Positions 29,209 through 38,887 of a stretch of DNA of 64,000 nucleotides are shown piece by piece. Positions within the stretch are counted from its first letter, which is position 1; the number at the start of each line of letters is the position of its first letter. The notes beneath the pieces were generated by a model, which searched no databases, was not told the origin of the DNA, and saw only the letters and a program-made list of their open reading frames with translations. Made by a program: the position numbers and the translations under genes. Source of the stretch: a virus; IMG/VR virus record IMGVR_UViG_3300030331_006276. One strand, written 5' to 3'.

Positions 29209-31238
29209 TTGAATATTTTAAATATACAGCAGCTGGATCGTTTACATTAAGTGGAGCTTCGTATTCTGGTTTTGTAAACGTTAGAGATGGCGTAGCATAT
29301 ACCGGTAAAACTTTTACTCAAAATTCTAGTATTTTACAATCTTTAAATACGTTTTTTGCAAATAGTGTTTTAAATAAATTAGAATTTGATAGAACAACGA
29401 CACCAACAAATGAAAGAGATATATTAACTAAACCGGTTGTATCGCCTAGAAGCGTAATAGATCAATCTTTCGTTGATACAAACTTAGGTATTTTAAATAA
29501 AAATAATTTAAATTTATATGCATTAAATATTACTTCGCGTAATGATTTATTAAACTTTAAAAATTCAGCAAAAAATGGTGATGCATACTTTTTAGGATTA
29601 TCTAGTGGTAAAAATGATATACGAAACAACGATACGAAGCAAGCAAAAGATAATTTGTTTCCTATTCAAATTGACCCATTTAGTTTTATTGATAAGGTAC
29701 CTGGTGTAAGTGTATTAGATGATACAATTGATAGTACTTTGTTTGTATACAACGATGAGACATATTTTTATTTTACTACTACACCTACAACGTCACATAC
29801 TTTCTCAGGCAGCTTTACCAAAAATAGTAGTTTAGTACCAATAACACCTGATGAAGATACAGGTGAAACATTATTTAAAGGTGGTACGAGATTTACATAT
29901 GATAACTCAACAGATATTTTATATAGTTTATCAGCTGGTACAAATGAAATTGATCTGAATCTTTATGATAACAGTTTTATTAATCCGTGTGGTAAATTAA
30001 AACTTGTTGATAAAATAACATTAGAAGAAAATATTATAGATGAAACTGTTAAGATAGGAAAAAATTTACTAGGTTATCGATATAATGAAGTAGATAGTGA
30101 AGAGGGTATCGATACTACGTTTATTTCTATAAGAAATAAATATTCTAATAAATTAATTAAAACAATAACGACAATAGAGGATGAAGATATAATTGCTTTC
30201 GATATTAGGGACTCAGATGATTCAATATTAGTTATAACTGAGCCTGGACAAGCTCCTCCGGATATAATTGAGCAAAGTACAAGCAGTGAAGGTATATTTT
30301 ATTTATATCAATTAGATGCAGAAAGAATAGTTGATTTAGGCCCTGAATTAAATCCGAAAATTATTTATAGACATAGACCTTCATATGATTTTACATCAGT
30401 AAATGAAGATGATATTGATATCTTCTTTTCACAAAATGATTCAAATATTTTTATTATTAACGATAGGGGATTTATAACAACAAGATTTATTTCTAATCCA
30501 GCAGAAGTTTCAGGATTTGCAGATCCGAATAATTTGCAATATCTATCTGATATGTATTTTGATAATACAAGTGAGCGTTTTAATCTAATCGAAAAGAAAT
30601 TTAATTCTAATATACTTAGATCAAACTATTTTAATTATATAAACTATATAGTAGCAAAAAATGATACAGATTTATTCTTTTTATTACATAATATAGGTCG
30701 TATATATTTGTTTAAAGAAAGTAGTTTATTATATCAAAATTTTGTACCTTTAGATCTTAAAAATTTATATGAAAAAATTATAAGTTGTGAATCAAGCTTA
30801 GGAAGTTCTTTGAATAGTGAGATACAAAATATTGTTAAAGATACTGTAAATATATTTTTGAGCCTTAGTCTTATACCAGCTCCGGCATTAATAGATAATA
30901 TACCTATACTAAGAAATTATATAACATATAAAGGGTTAGATATTAATTTTAGAGATATAGAGTTTCATGAAAATGAAGCAGTAGACTATAATGTTATTTC
31001 TCGTGTAATAAATGAACTTTTTGAACTTCAGCAACAAGTTTTAAATAGTATAGTAGATAAATCTGTAGTATTAGAAGAAGAACCAGAAGATGACTTTGCT
31101 GGTGAAATTGTTATAGGTGAGGTTGATTTTAGTGAGTTAAATCCTGCTAGTACAGGGTCAAGTAATACGACACCTCCCCCGCCGCCTCCACAGAGTCCGC
31201 AGAACTTCCGACCTAGTAGTGGTTCTACTGGTTACTAG
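29205..31238 (+). CDS. Structural protein, unknown function, with a Pro-rich C-terminal tail
   Basis: 677-aa ORF coupled to the upstream gene; ends TPPPPPPQSPQ. Confidence 0.5.
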   Translation: MIEYFKYTAAGSFTLSGASYSGFVNVRDGVAYTGKTFTQNSSILQSLNTFFANSVLNKLEFDRTTTPTNERDILTKPVVSPRSVIDQSFVDTNLGILNKNNLNLYALNITSRNDLLNFKNSAKNGDAYFLGLSSGKNDIRNNDTKQAKDNLFPIQIDPFSFIDKVPGVSVLDDTIDSTLFVYNDETYFYFTTTPTTSHTFSGSFTKNSSLVPITPDEDTGETLFKGGTRFTYDNSTDILYSLSAGTNEIDLNLYDNSFINPCGKLKLVDKITLEENIIDETVKIGKNLLGYRYNEVDSEEGIDTTFISIRNKYSNKLIKTITTIEDEDIIAFDIRDSDDSILVITEPGQAPPDIIEQSTSSEGIFYLYQLDAERIVDLGPELNPKIIYRHRPSYDFTSVNEDDIDIFFSQNDSNIFIINDRGFITTRFISNPAEVSGFADPNNLQYLSDMYFDNTSERFNLIEKKFNSNILRSNYFNYINYIVAKNDTDLFFLLHNIGRIYLFKESSLLYQNFVPLDLKNLYEKIISCESSLGSSLNSEIQNIVKDTVNIFLSLSLIPAPALIDNIPILRNYITYKGLDINFRDIEFHENEAVDYNVISRVINELFELQQQVLNSIVDKSVVLEEEPEDDFAGEIVIGEVDFSELNPASTGSSNTTPPPPPPQSPQNFRPSSGSTGY

Positions 31239-31252
31239 GATAAATATAAATA

Positions 31253-34075
31253 ATGCCTGAGAGTCTTACACAGCAACGTATATCAGATCAATATACATCA
31301 TTACTACATGTAAGTGGTGGTGATATTAGTTCTTCGGATCAGCGTAGTATAGGTGGTGAAGCAAAAATTGCAAAAGTGTATGATGGTGCGGGTAACGTTA
31401 CTGGTATATCTTTAAGTTCAGTAGATGATAGATTTGTAATTAATAATTATGCTGAACCAGTTGGTTTCTCATATCAAACAGAATGGTTAGATGCTTTTTT
31501 TCCTATAAACGTCATAATAATGACAACAAATTTTGAGAATCCAGAAAAGAGAATAAAGGGAACGAAATGGATTTTACAATCTGAAGGGTTATTTGCAGTA
31601 GGCGCAGGAACTCATACAGATAAAAATGAAGATACATTTACGTTTACACCTGGAGGCATAAAACAAAAAGATCCAGAAAATTTAAAAAATGGGGATTTAG
31701 CAGGAGAATATAGAGCTGGTATAAAGTTAGAAGATTTACCTAACCATACACATAGTACAGATACTAGAACAGAAATAGTACCTGAAGGAAAAGAAGGTGA
31801 AGGTACTAATGTAGGTTTTATATTTTATTTTGGTGATAGTATTAACCCGCAACAATTAATAGGTGATGATGCGCGTTATTTAGATAGTGATGCAATTGTT
31901 GCATTTCAAAATAATACTAGATATAAAGATATACTTAATTATCGTGATCATATAATTAGGGAAAATCACAATGCTGGAAAAGTATATACAGATGCTGATT
32001 TTGATCCAAAATACGGAAGTCAAAGCTTGAGAGGGTGGGCTCAACCATCAGCAGGCGGTCCTGGGTGGGGCGGAATACTTAATGTTTCTGGGAAGTTTAT
32101 TGGTAATAGTCCAAGGCCGGTGGGTGTTAGATGGGTGTTTCAAGATACAGAATATTTTATTACTCAAGCTATATTTGACCCACGTACACAAAGTAGAGTA
32201 CACCCAGGTCGTTTTTCTGATGCAGATCTAATTAAAGCTCGAGATTTTATTATAGGTGTTCTTGGTGTTGAAGAAGCTCAAAAAGCTTTAAGTTCGGTAA
32301 ATAGATTAATAGAATTAAATGCATTGCCAGAGCAAGCTGAATTTGGTGAAAATTTATACTATGGATTAGTTCCGGGTTCAAGGATTGTACAATCAACAAC
32401 AACAGGTCAATATGTAGGTCATAATAATATACCACCTAGCTTTCCAGTATATTTCTGGAGGCGCGTTCCTTTAGATTTTGTTGGTAATATTCCTCCTGTA
32501 GAACGACCTCGTGCTGACTTACCTTTAGAACTTATCATAACAACAAATCAAAAGTCTACTAAAGATAATATTTTTAATTTAAATGCATGGGCTATTGATA
32601 ATGGATGGGATGGGCAATCACCGTGTAGGATTATTATAGATGAGGGTGTTTATATATATTCTGATGATCCAGATAACGTTAAAGTACCGGGTATGCTAAT
32701 TGATCAATTTCCTGGAGGTTTAACGCTAATAAATAACGGATTTATTATGGGCAGAGGTGGTAACGGTGGTTCATTTTATGCTGATGGACAAGACGGAGGT
32801 GATGCTATACATGTTATAGGGAATACTGAAATTATTATCGATAATACTAACGGTGCTATCGGTGGCGGTGGTGGTGGTGGTTCTGCTTCAAAAGAAGGCG
32901 AATCAGGAGGAGGTGGTGGCGCTGGTGGTGGTTGGGGCGGTACAGCGTCAATTTTTCAATTTCCAGAATATAATTTTGGTGATGGAGATGGAAGTATAGT
33001 AGATGTGAGTTTACAAAGAGGCACTATGGTTGGTAGTGGAAGAGGTCGCAACGATATATGGAGAGCTACTGCAGCTGGTGGAGCTGGGGGTGAGCCTGGA
33101 CAGTTAGGTGGACATGGCCGATGGTATAATAAATTTACTAGTTCGTACTCATTACAATTATTTAAAGCTGCTGGTGATGTAGTAACTATTGGCTGGGGTC
33201 CACTATTTCCTTTATTACCAGGTGTTGGTGGTGAAGCTGGAGGAAGCGGTGCGCATGGAAGAAGTAGAAACGGTATTGATGATCAAGGATCAGGTGGTGG
33301 TGGAGGTCGTATATTAACATCTACTGCTTTTGGTGGTGGTACGGGAGGCATGCCAGGTGAACCTTTTGGAGCTATAGATGCAGACGGTAATTTAAGAACT
33401 ACAGGACCAGAGTGGAATAATATTGCGCCGGCAAATAACGGTTCAGTAAATGTTGAAACTATACCGAGACCGGGTAGATCTAGACCTAGAATAATTGAAA
33501 CGTATATAACAGCATATAATAGTAGTCAGCCATTTGTTGGTTGGAACTCAGGTTACACTTTAACTAACAGAAATGGATTTGGGTCTGGACCAAATCGTGC
33601 TATTGGTCCACACTGGCATGCGGATGGGGTGGGTGGTTTAAGGGGTATACCTTTCATTACAGCTGGTGTAAATAAGCCGGGGAGAGGTTCACATACATCA
33701 CAGCGTGTAACTACCTTTTTAGACTACAATGGATTTTCTTATCTTTCACCAACCGGTTGGGATGGATTTAATCATAGATCCGCTCTCGTAAGAGGCGGTA
33801 GTACTAATCTTCCTGGTGTATATGAACTAGCTCCAGAGCGTTATGTTGGTGGTAGATCCAAAAAGTTTGATCTTCATAATGATCGTTGGGCAGAAGAAGT
33901 TAGTGCAGGAGGTGGAGGCTGGGGCGCACCGGGCGGTCAAGCGTATGGTGTAAGTAATCCAAGAAAACCTGGAGCTGGTGGTCTTTCTATAAAAGCTACA
34001 GCTGGTAAAGTTACGATAATGAACGGATTAATATATGGTAATGTTGAAGGAAATGTAAATGTAATGCGCACATGA
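31253..34075 (+). CDS. Tail fibre / receptor-binding protein with a split HTH...HNNIPP module and a glycine-rich C-terminal domain
   Basis: KWILQSEGLFAVGAG, LPNHTH, HNNIPPSFPVYFWRR; then GRGGNGG / GGGGGG glycine-rich repeats. Confidence 0.7.
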   Translation: MPESLTQQRISDQYTSLLHVSGGDISSSDQRSIGGEAKIAKVYDGAGNVTGISLSSVDDRFVINNYAEPVGFSYQTEWLDAFFPINVIIMTTNFENPEKRIKGTKWILQSEGLFAVGAGTHTDKNEDTFTFTPGGIKQKDPENLKNGDLAGEYRAGIKLEDLPNHTHSTDTRTEIVPEGKEGEGTNVGFIFYFGDSINPQQLIGDDARYLDSDAIVAFQNNTRYKDILNYRDHIIRENHNAGKVYTDADFDPKYGSQSLRGWAQPSAGGPGWGGILNVSGKFIGNSPRPVGVRWVFQDTEYFITQAIFDPRTQSRVHPGRFSDADLIKARDFIIGVLGVEEAQKALSSVNRLIELNALPEQAEFGENLYYGLVPGSRIVQSTTTGQYVGHNNIPPSFPVYFWRRVPLDFVGNIPPVERPRADLPLELIITTNQKSTKDNIFNLNAWAIDNGWDGQSPCRIIIDEGVYIYSDDPDNVKVPGMLIDQFPGGLTLINNGFIMGRGGNGGSFYADGQDGGDAIHVIGNTEIIIDNTNGAIGGGGGGGSASKEGESGGGGGAGGGWGGTASIFQFPEYNFGDGDGSIVDVSLQRGTMVGSGRGRNDIWRATAAGGAGGEPGQLGGHGRWYNKFTSSYSLQLFKAAGDVVTIGWGPLFPLLPGVGGEAGGSGAHGRSRNGIDDQGSGGGGGRILTSTAFGGGTGGMPGEPFGAIDADGNLRTTGPEWNNIAPANNGSVNVETIPRPGRSRPRIIETYITAYNSSQPFVGWNSGYTLTNRNGFGSGPNRAIGPHWHADGVGGLRGIPFITAGVNKPGRGSHTSQRVTTFLDYNGFSYLSPTGWDGFNHRSALVRGGSTNLPGVYELAPERYVGGRSKKFDLHNDRWAEEVSAGGGGWGAPGGQAYGVSNPRKPGAGGLSIKATAGKVTIMNGLIYGNVEGNVNVMRT

Positions 34076-34116
34076 TTTAGATAGTATTTTCAAATTGTGA
34101 CATAAATAATAGTAAT

Positions 34117-35202
34117 ATGCCAGAGAGTTTAACAAATCAATTTATATCTGATTTTTATACTTCTTTACTCCATTTAAGCGGAGCAGAGTTAGGAAATACT
34201 TTGAATAAAGTTTACGATGGTGTAGGTAACTCTACCGGTTTAGCTTTAAGTGGTAATCGCGTTGTAATTAATAATTACATATATCCTGAAGGTCCATTAG
34301 CAGAACCAACAGATTGGTTAGATGCTTTCTTTCCTGTAGGTTGTATCCAGTTAACATTTGATAATATTAATCCTCAAACTAGAATAGCTGGAACTGTATG
34401 GGAAATAGTTGCTGAAGGTAGATTTTTAGTGGGTGTTGGAGGACATACAGATAAAAATAATGATTTTCGAAAATTTTGTGATGAAGATGCACCTAATTAT
34501 CCAGAATCAGGTAATTTAGCAGGTGAATATTTAACAGAGCTTGGTATTGTAAATATGCCAGCACATACCCACACTACAAATGTAGGCTCAAATGACGTTT
34601 TTGTATCTACTGGTACATCTGTTGGTAATGGTCAACCTTTTTTTGCTACTGGTGTTGGTTTAGTTAACTCTACACAATCATTTACTGAACAACAACGTTC
34701 AAGAAATGCTTTAGGAGCTGCTAGTGGATGGAACTGGTTAAATTCGTTTGGTAATAGAACAGCAAATAATAATGACCCTCAAGATATTATGAGAAGATCA
34801 CTTGATCTTAATTTCCAATTAGGGTCTGCAGCAGCTTATAGTGCTACATTGAGAGCATTTTATTTAGAAAATACACAATTTCAATTTAAAGAAGTAGTTG
34901 GATTATGGAATGGTGAAACGCGTTTTGTCGCTAGTAAAGCACCATTAGGAGATGGTAGGGAATGGGAATTTAACGCATATAATTTTTGCTTGGAACGAGG
35001 CGCAGTAGATGTAGGTGTTGCACAAGCGGGTCAATTTGCTAATGAGGCTAACCCTGTAAGTACGTTATCAAGAAATAACCAACAAATTAATTTTAATGAA
35101 GGATCCTCTAGTATAAGACAAACAACCGCAGTCGGTGAGGGAAAATCACATAATAACATACCTCCGTCTTATGGAGCGTATGTATGGAAAAGAATAGCAT
35201 AA
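34117..35202 (+). CDS. Short fibre / baseplate protein, paralogue of the N-terminal part of 31253
   Basis: Shared MPESLT.Q.ISD.YTSLLH.SG, KVYDG.GN.TG, WLDAFFP, HTDKN, HNNIPPS..Y.W.R. Confidence 0.7.
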   Translation: MPESLTNQFISDFYTSLLHLSGAELGNTLNKVYDGVGNSTGLALSGNRVVINNYIYPEGPLAEPTDWLDAFFPVGCIQLTFDNINPQTRIAGTVWEIVAEGRFLVGVGGHTDKNNDFRKFCDEDAPNYPESGNLAGEYLTELGIVNMPAHTHTTNVGSNDVFVSTGTSVGNGQPFFATGVGLVNSTQSFTEQQRSRNALGAASGWNWLNSFGNRTANNNDPQDIMRRSLDLNFQLGSAAAYSATLRAFYLENTQFQFKEVVGLWNGETRFVASKAPLGDGREWEFNAYNFCLERGAVDVGVAQAGQFANEANPVSTLSRNNQQINFNEGSSSIRQTTAVGEGKSHNNIPPSYGAYVWKRIA

Positions 35203-35209
35203 AAAAATC

Positions 35210-36775
35210 ATGGCAAATATTACTATAGTAAAATTAAAAGTTAGAAGGGGCACTGATGGTCAACGGCAAGATATTGTATTAGATCAAGGTGAAGTTGGTT
35301 ATACTCTAGATTCAAAAAGATTATTTGTTGGTGATGGTTCAACATTTGGCGGTACAGTAGCAGGAATAAAAGCAGTTGGACCTTTTGCTGCTGTAGAAAG
35401 CTTAGGACCAGCTGTAAGTGAGTCACCGTTTTTACAAATAGGTGATATTGGATATGCAGATAGTAGATTGTTTATATTAACTGGAGCTAGTTCTACTGGT
35501 AAAGCATATACAAATGCGTTGTCTGGGTGGGCATATATTGGTACAGTACCTGATGATACAACAATTGAATTTGATTCTAATAATAAATTTACTGTTAAAA
35601 GACAAAGTTTAGATGCACAGAATTTAGGTACAACATTTTTTGGAGAAGGATTACTATCATCTAATACAGTAGCTGGAGAAGCAAATGTAGCCTATAATGC
35701 TGATTATATAGAATTATCTAGCTCACCTGGTACAAAAGGTCGACTAACATTAAAACAAAATTCTATAACAAATCGGGAAATAAAAGCTTTGTTTCCATCT
35801 GCGAGTGGGTTAAAAGGTGGTAATGGTGAAGAATTAGCTCTTAGCGTTAATGAAGATCAATTTAAATTTGATGCAAATAATAAATTAGAGTTAAAAGGAG
35901 TGGGTTCAATAACTGTGCCATTATCTACTTGGGCTGGTCCAGGTGATGGTACTTCAACAACAGACGGTAAACTTGGTGGTGGTTTAACAATAAATACAGC
36001 AACAAATAGACTTCAAGCTTCTTTACAATCTGTAGATGGTGATTTATTAATAAATGACAACGGTGTAGTTACATTAAATGGTAGTACTTCAGCATTTCAA
36101 GAAATGCCTTTTGTTAATGTTCAAAAAGGGTTAGTTACAGAAATAAAAAGTTCTATATTTGATGTAGTAACAGCAACTGGTTTATCTGGTGCTGGGGCAG
36201 GCGACGGTGTACCTATTGGTTCAATTTTACCGCATGCGCAAGCATTTACAACACCTCCAGCTGGATATGTTTTATGTAATGGAGCAGCATATAATGCTAG
36301 TACTGATACACAATACAGAGAATTATTTGATAAAATAGGTACCGTGTATGGTGGAACCGGTATGACTAATTTTAGAGTTCCAAACTTAACTGGGGGTGAT
36401 GTACTTTTATATGGTTCGGAAGGCGCGATTACTGGTAGTACAAAGACACTATTTTTAAGTGCTACAAAATCGCATTTATCAGGTCCAAAAACAGGAGCTG
36501 GGGGACCATCAACCTTAAGTGCTTTTGGTGTTAACTTTATTATTAAGTTTGCTGAAGATCCAGTTTTAAATATTTTTAATGGAGCACCAAATCAAGTTGA
36601 GCGTAATTTTGGTGGTAAATATACTCAACAAATATGTAATGGACTTGACTCGGGTGGTCAAGTGCTTAGTTTAAGTTCTGCAGGATTTATTACTATGGCA
36701 TTATCTGGTAATGTACGCAATAGTGATAGTAATGAAACGTATGATAGATTTGCAATACCGGTTTATAGCTACTAA
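35210..36775 (+). CDS. Tail fibre protein with an Mtd_N / hyaluronidase-N-like domain and a tail collar domain
   Basis: KLKVRRGT...GEVGYTLDSKRLFVGDG; PIGSILP...PAGYVLCNG...YRELFDKIG..YGG...FRVPNL. Confidence 0.75.
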   Translation: MANITIVKLKVRRGTDGQRQDIVLDQGEVGYTLDSKRLFVGDGSTFGGTVAGIKAVGPFAAVESLGPAVSESPFLQIGDIGYADSRLFILTGASSTGKAYTNALSGWAYIGTVPDDTTIEFDSNNKFTVKRQSLDAQNLGTTFFGEGLLSSNTVAGEANVAYNADYIELSSSPGTKGRLTLKQNSITNREIKALFPSASGLKGGNGEELALSVNEDQFKFDANNKLELKGVGSITVPLSTWAGPGDGTSTTDGKLGGGLTINTATNRLQASLQSVDGDLLINDNGVVTLNGSTSAFQEMPFVNVQKGLVTEIKSSIFDVVTATGLSGAGAGDGVPIGSILPHAQAFTTPPAGYVLCNGAAYNASTDTQYRELFDKIGTVYGGTGMTNFRVPNLTGGDVLLYGSEGAITGSTKTLFLSATKSHLSGPKTGAGGPSTLSAFGVNFIIKFAEDPVLNIFNGAPNQVERNFGGKYTQQICNGLDSGGQVLSLSSAGFITMALSGNVRNSDSNETYDRFAIPVYSY

Positions 36776-36788
36776 ATATTAAAAACAC

Positions 36789-38450
36789 ATGGCCATACAA
36801 ATTTTAGAAAACACTTTATTAAAACTTCTAGTTAGAAGGGGTTCTGATTTTGATAGAAAACAAATTACTCTAGAAACAGGTGAATTAGGTTATTCAACTG
36901 ATAATAAAAGATTATACATTGGTGACGGTGTAACCAAAGGGGGTATTATAGTTGGTAATAAGTGGGCAGGAAATGCAGCAGATTTAACTAGCTTAGCTCC
37001 TGCTGCAAGTGGTGATTTTGCCTATGATACTGATAATCGTTGTTTTAAAATTCTAACTAAAGGAACCGGTAGTGTAGCAGCAGATTGGGTAACAGTTGCA
37101 ACATTTTTAAGTGCTTTTAATACATCAATTACAATAGATGCTAATAATAGAATATCTGTTGGAACATTATCTGCAGGTAATTTTTCTCTAAATGCTATTG
37201 GCAGTTCTTTAACTATAGATGGTTCCGAAAAAATAGCATTAAGCTCTACTATTAGTGTAGATAATATTACTCAAAGATCCACTGGATTAACTGATTACTT
37301 AACATTACCAGCTAAATTAAAAATTAATACTGTTGATTATACTTTTCCTGTTACTAGTCCACAACCTGAAACATTTTTAGGTTATAGTACAAACGATGAT
37401 GCAGGGAAGGCAAAATTAGCTTGGCAAGTTCCAAAAGTAGTATTTTCGGCTGTTGCGCCAACAACAGCTGCTTTAATTCCTGTTGGTTCTATTCAACCAT
37501 TTGCTGGTCCTTTATCAGGCGCGCCATTTGGTTGGCTTAATTGTAACGGTCAAGCTGTTGATGCAGTAACATATTCAGAACTTCTTACTGCTATTGGTGG
37601 TCAATTTGGCCGTAACTTTACTAATAATACATTTAATGTTCCAAACTTAAGTTCAACGTTTATTCATGGCTTTGATTCAACATCTAGCAGCTTAGGCGCA
37701 CAATTTCCTGCTCGTGGTGTAGGCTTATCAGCACAAAAAACTACACTCTCAGCAGTTGGAATGAATTTTATTATTAAAGCATTCGGTGGTGTAACTAATC
37801 CAACTTTAACAGTAGGTAAGAATTTATCTGCTACTATTACATCACCATCTAATGTAACTGTAAATACAACTGATGCTGCATTTAACCCTCTTAGCGGTGC
37901 AATAAAAATAACTAAGCCGCAGCCTGGTATGCAGATTTTTGATACGCCTGGTATAACGCATACATTTAAAATGCCTGGAGGAATATCTTATGTTAAGTTT
38001 TACGTAACGGGGTCTGGATCTCCGGGTAGAAATCAAAGTGGTAATGCTGGATCTACAGCAATCGGTTATCTATCTGCACCTCCAGGAACAGAATTTCCTG
38101 TTGTTGTTGCTGCAGCTCCTGTTGGTAATACTAGTGGTCAATCAAGTCAAATATTTGAACCCACTGCAGATGGTAACGATCCGATAGTTACTGCACCTGG
38201 TGGTGCGTTTGGTTCTATAGGTGCTGCATCTCCAACAATTGCTGAAAGTGTTTATCTACCAACAGAAACATTAAAGATTTTAGGTGGAGTTGGATTTATT
38301 GATACAGACGATGGTGGTGACGAAGAAGATGTTGGAGGAGCTGGATTTTACGGACACTCACCTGCTTATGGTGGTGGTGGTGGATCCCATGCTCACAGAC
38401 CTGCAAGTGCTCCAGTTTCTACCGGTGTTGTTGTGTTTGAATGGAACTAG
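36789..38450 (+). CDS. Tail fibre protein with an Mtd_N-like domain, a tail collar domain and a glycine-rich C-terminus
   Basis: KLLVRRG...GELGYSTDNKRLYIGDG; PVGSIQPFAG...GWLNCNG...FNVPNL; YGGGGG tail. Confidence 0.75.
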   Translation: MAIQILENTLLKLLVRRGSDFDRKQITLETGELGYSTDNKRLYIGDGVTKGGIIVGNKWAGNAADLTSLAPAASGDFAYDTDNRCFKILTKGTGSVAADWVTVATFLSAFNTSITIDANNRISVGTLSAGNFSLNAIGSSLTIDGSEKIALSSTISVDNITQRSTGLTDYLTLPAKLKINTVDYTFPVTSPQPETFLGYSTNDDAGKAKLAWQVPKVVFSAVAPTTAALIPVGSIQPFAGPLSGAPFGWLNCNGQAVDAVTYSELLTAIGGQFGRNFTNNTFNVPNLSSTFIHGFDSTSSSLGAQFPARGVGLSAQKTTLSAVGMNFIIKAFGGVTNPTLTVGKNLSATITSPSNVTVNTTDAAFNPLSGAIKITKPQPGMQIFDTPGITHTFKMPGGISYVKFYVTGSGSPGRNQSGNAGSTAIGYLSAPPGTEFPVVVAAAPVGNTSGQSSQIFEPTADGNDPIVTAPGGAFGSIGAASPTIAESVYLPTETLKILGGVGFIDTDDGGDEEDVGGAGFYGHSPAYGGGGGSHAHRPASAPVSTGVVVFEWN

Positions 38451-38482
38451 TTGCTTTATAGCATAGAGAATATAACTACAAT

Positions 38483-38650
38483 ATGGAAGAAGTTATAGTT
38501 GAGGGTCTTAATTTTGAAGATTTTGTAACTCTAAAAGAAATTTTATCTAATAATACTAGCTTTAAATATAGTGAAAGTCAATTGCATGCTGACGCGAGTA
38601 TTTTAATTGAAAAGATAGATAAAATTCTTCAAGTCTTTGATGATGAATAA
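38483..38650 (+). CDS. Small hypothetical protein (55 aa, below the ORF-track cutoff)
   Basis: Manual translation MEEVIVEGLNFEDFVTLKEILSNNTSFKYSESQLHADASILIEKIDKILQVFDDE*; fills the gap exactly; its stop overlaps the next TAAATA box. Confidence 0.6.
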   Translation: MEEVIVEGLNFEDFVTLKEILSNNTSFKYSESQLHADASILIEKIDKILQVFDDE

Positions 38651-38658
38651 ATACTTGT

Positions 38659-38871
38659 ATGAATACAAGTGTTTGCAGAGCTAATGCACTCTGTGAAGAA
38701 TTTTCTGATTACGTTATCTACGATAGCGAATTTGAAAGTATTTTATTCAATGTACCATATGAGCACTTTAAAACAGTACATTTAGAGTTATCAAAACTAG
38801 GTTTTATCTTAGTATTTAAAACTCGTATTAAGAAAACAAATTCTCTAACCTGTACTTTTATAAAGGAATGA
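38659..38871 (+). CDS. Small hypothetical late protein
   Basis: 70-aa ORF with TAAATA 5 nt upstream. Confidence 0.55.
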   Translation: MNTSVCRANALCEEFSDYVIYDSEFESILFNVPYEHFKTVHLELSKLGFILVFKTRIKKTNSLTCTFIKE

Positions 38872-38887
38872 GTAATTAAATATATAT

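Noticed and set aside
35210-38450. Diversity-generating retroelement suggested by the Mtd_N-like domains
   Set aside because: No reverse transcriptase and no near-identical TR/VR pair differing at adenines seen in the window; Mtd_N is only an N-terminal anchor domain
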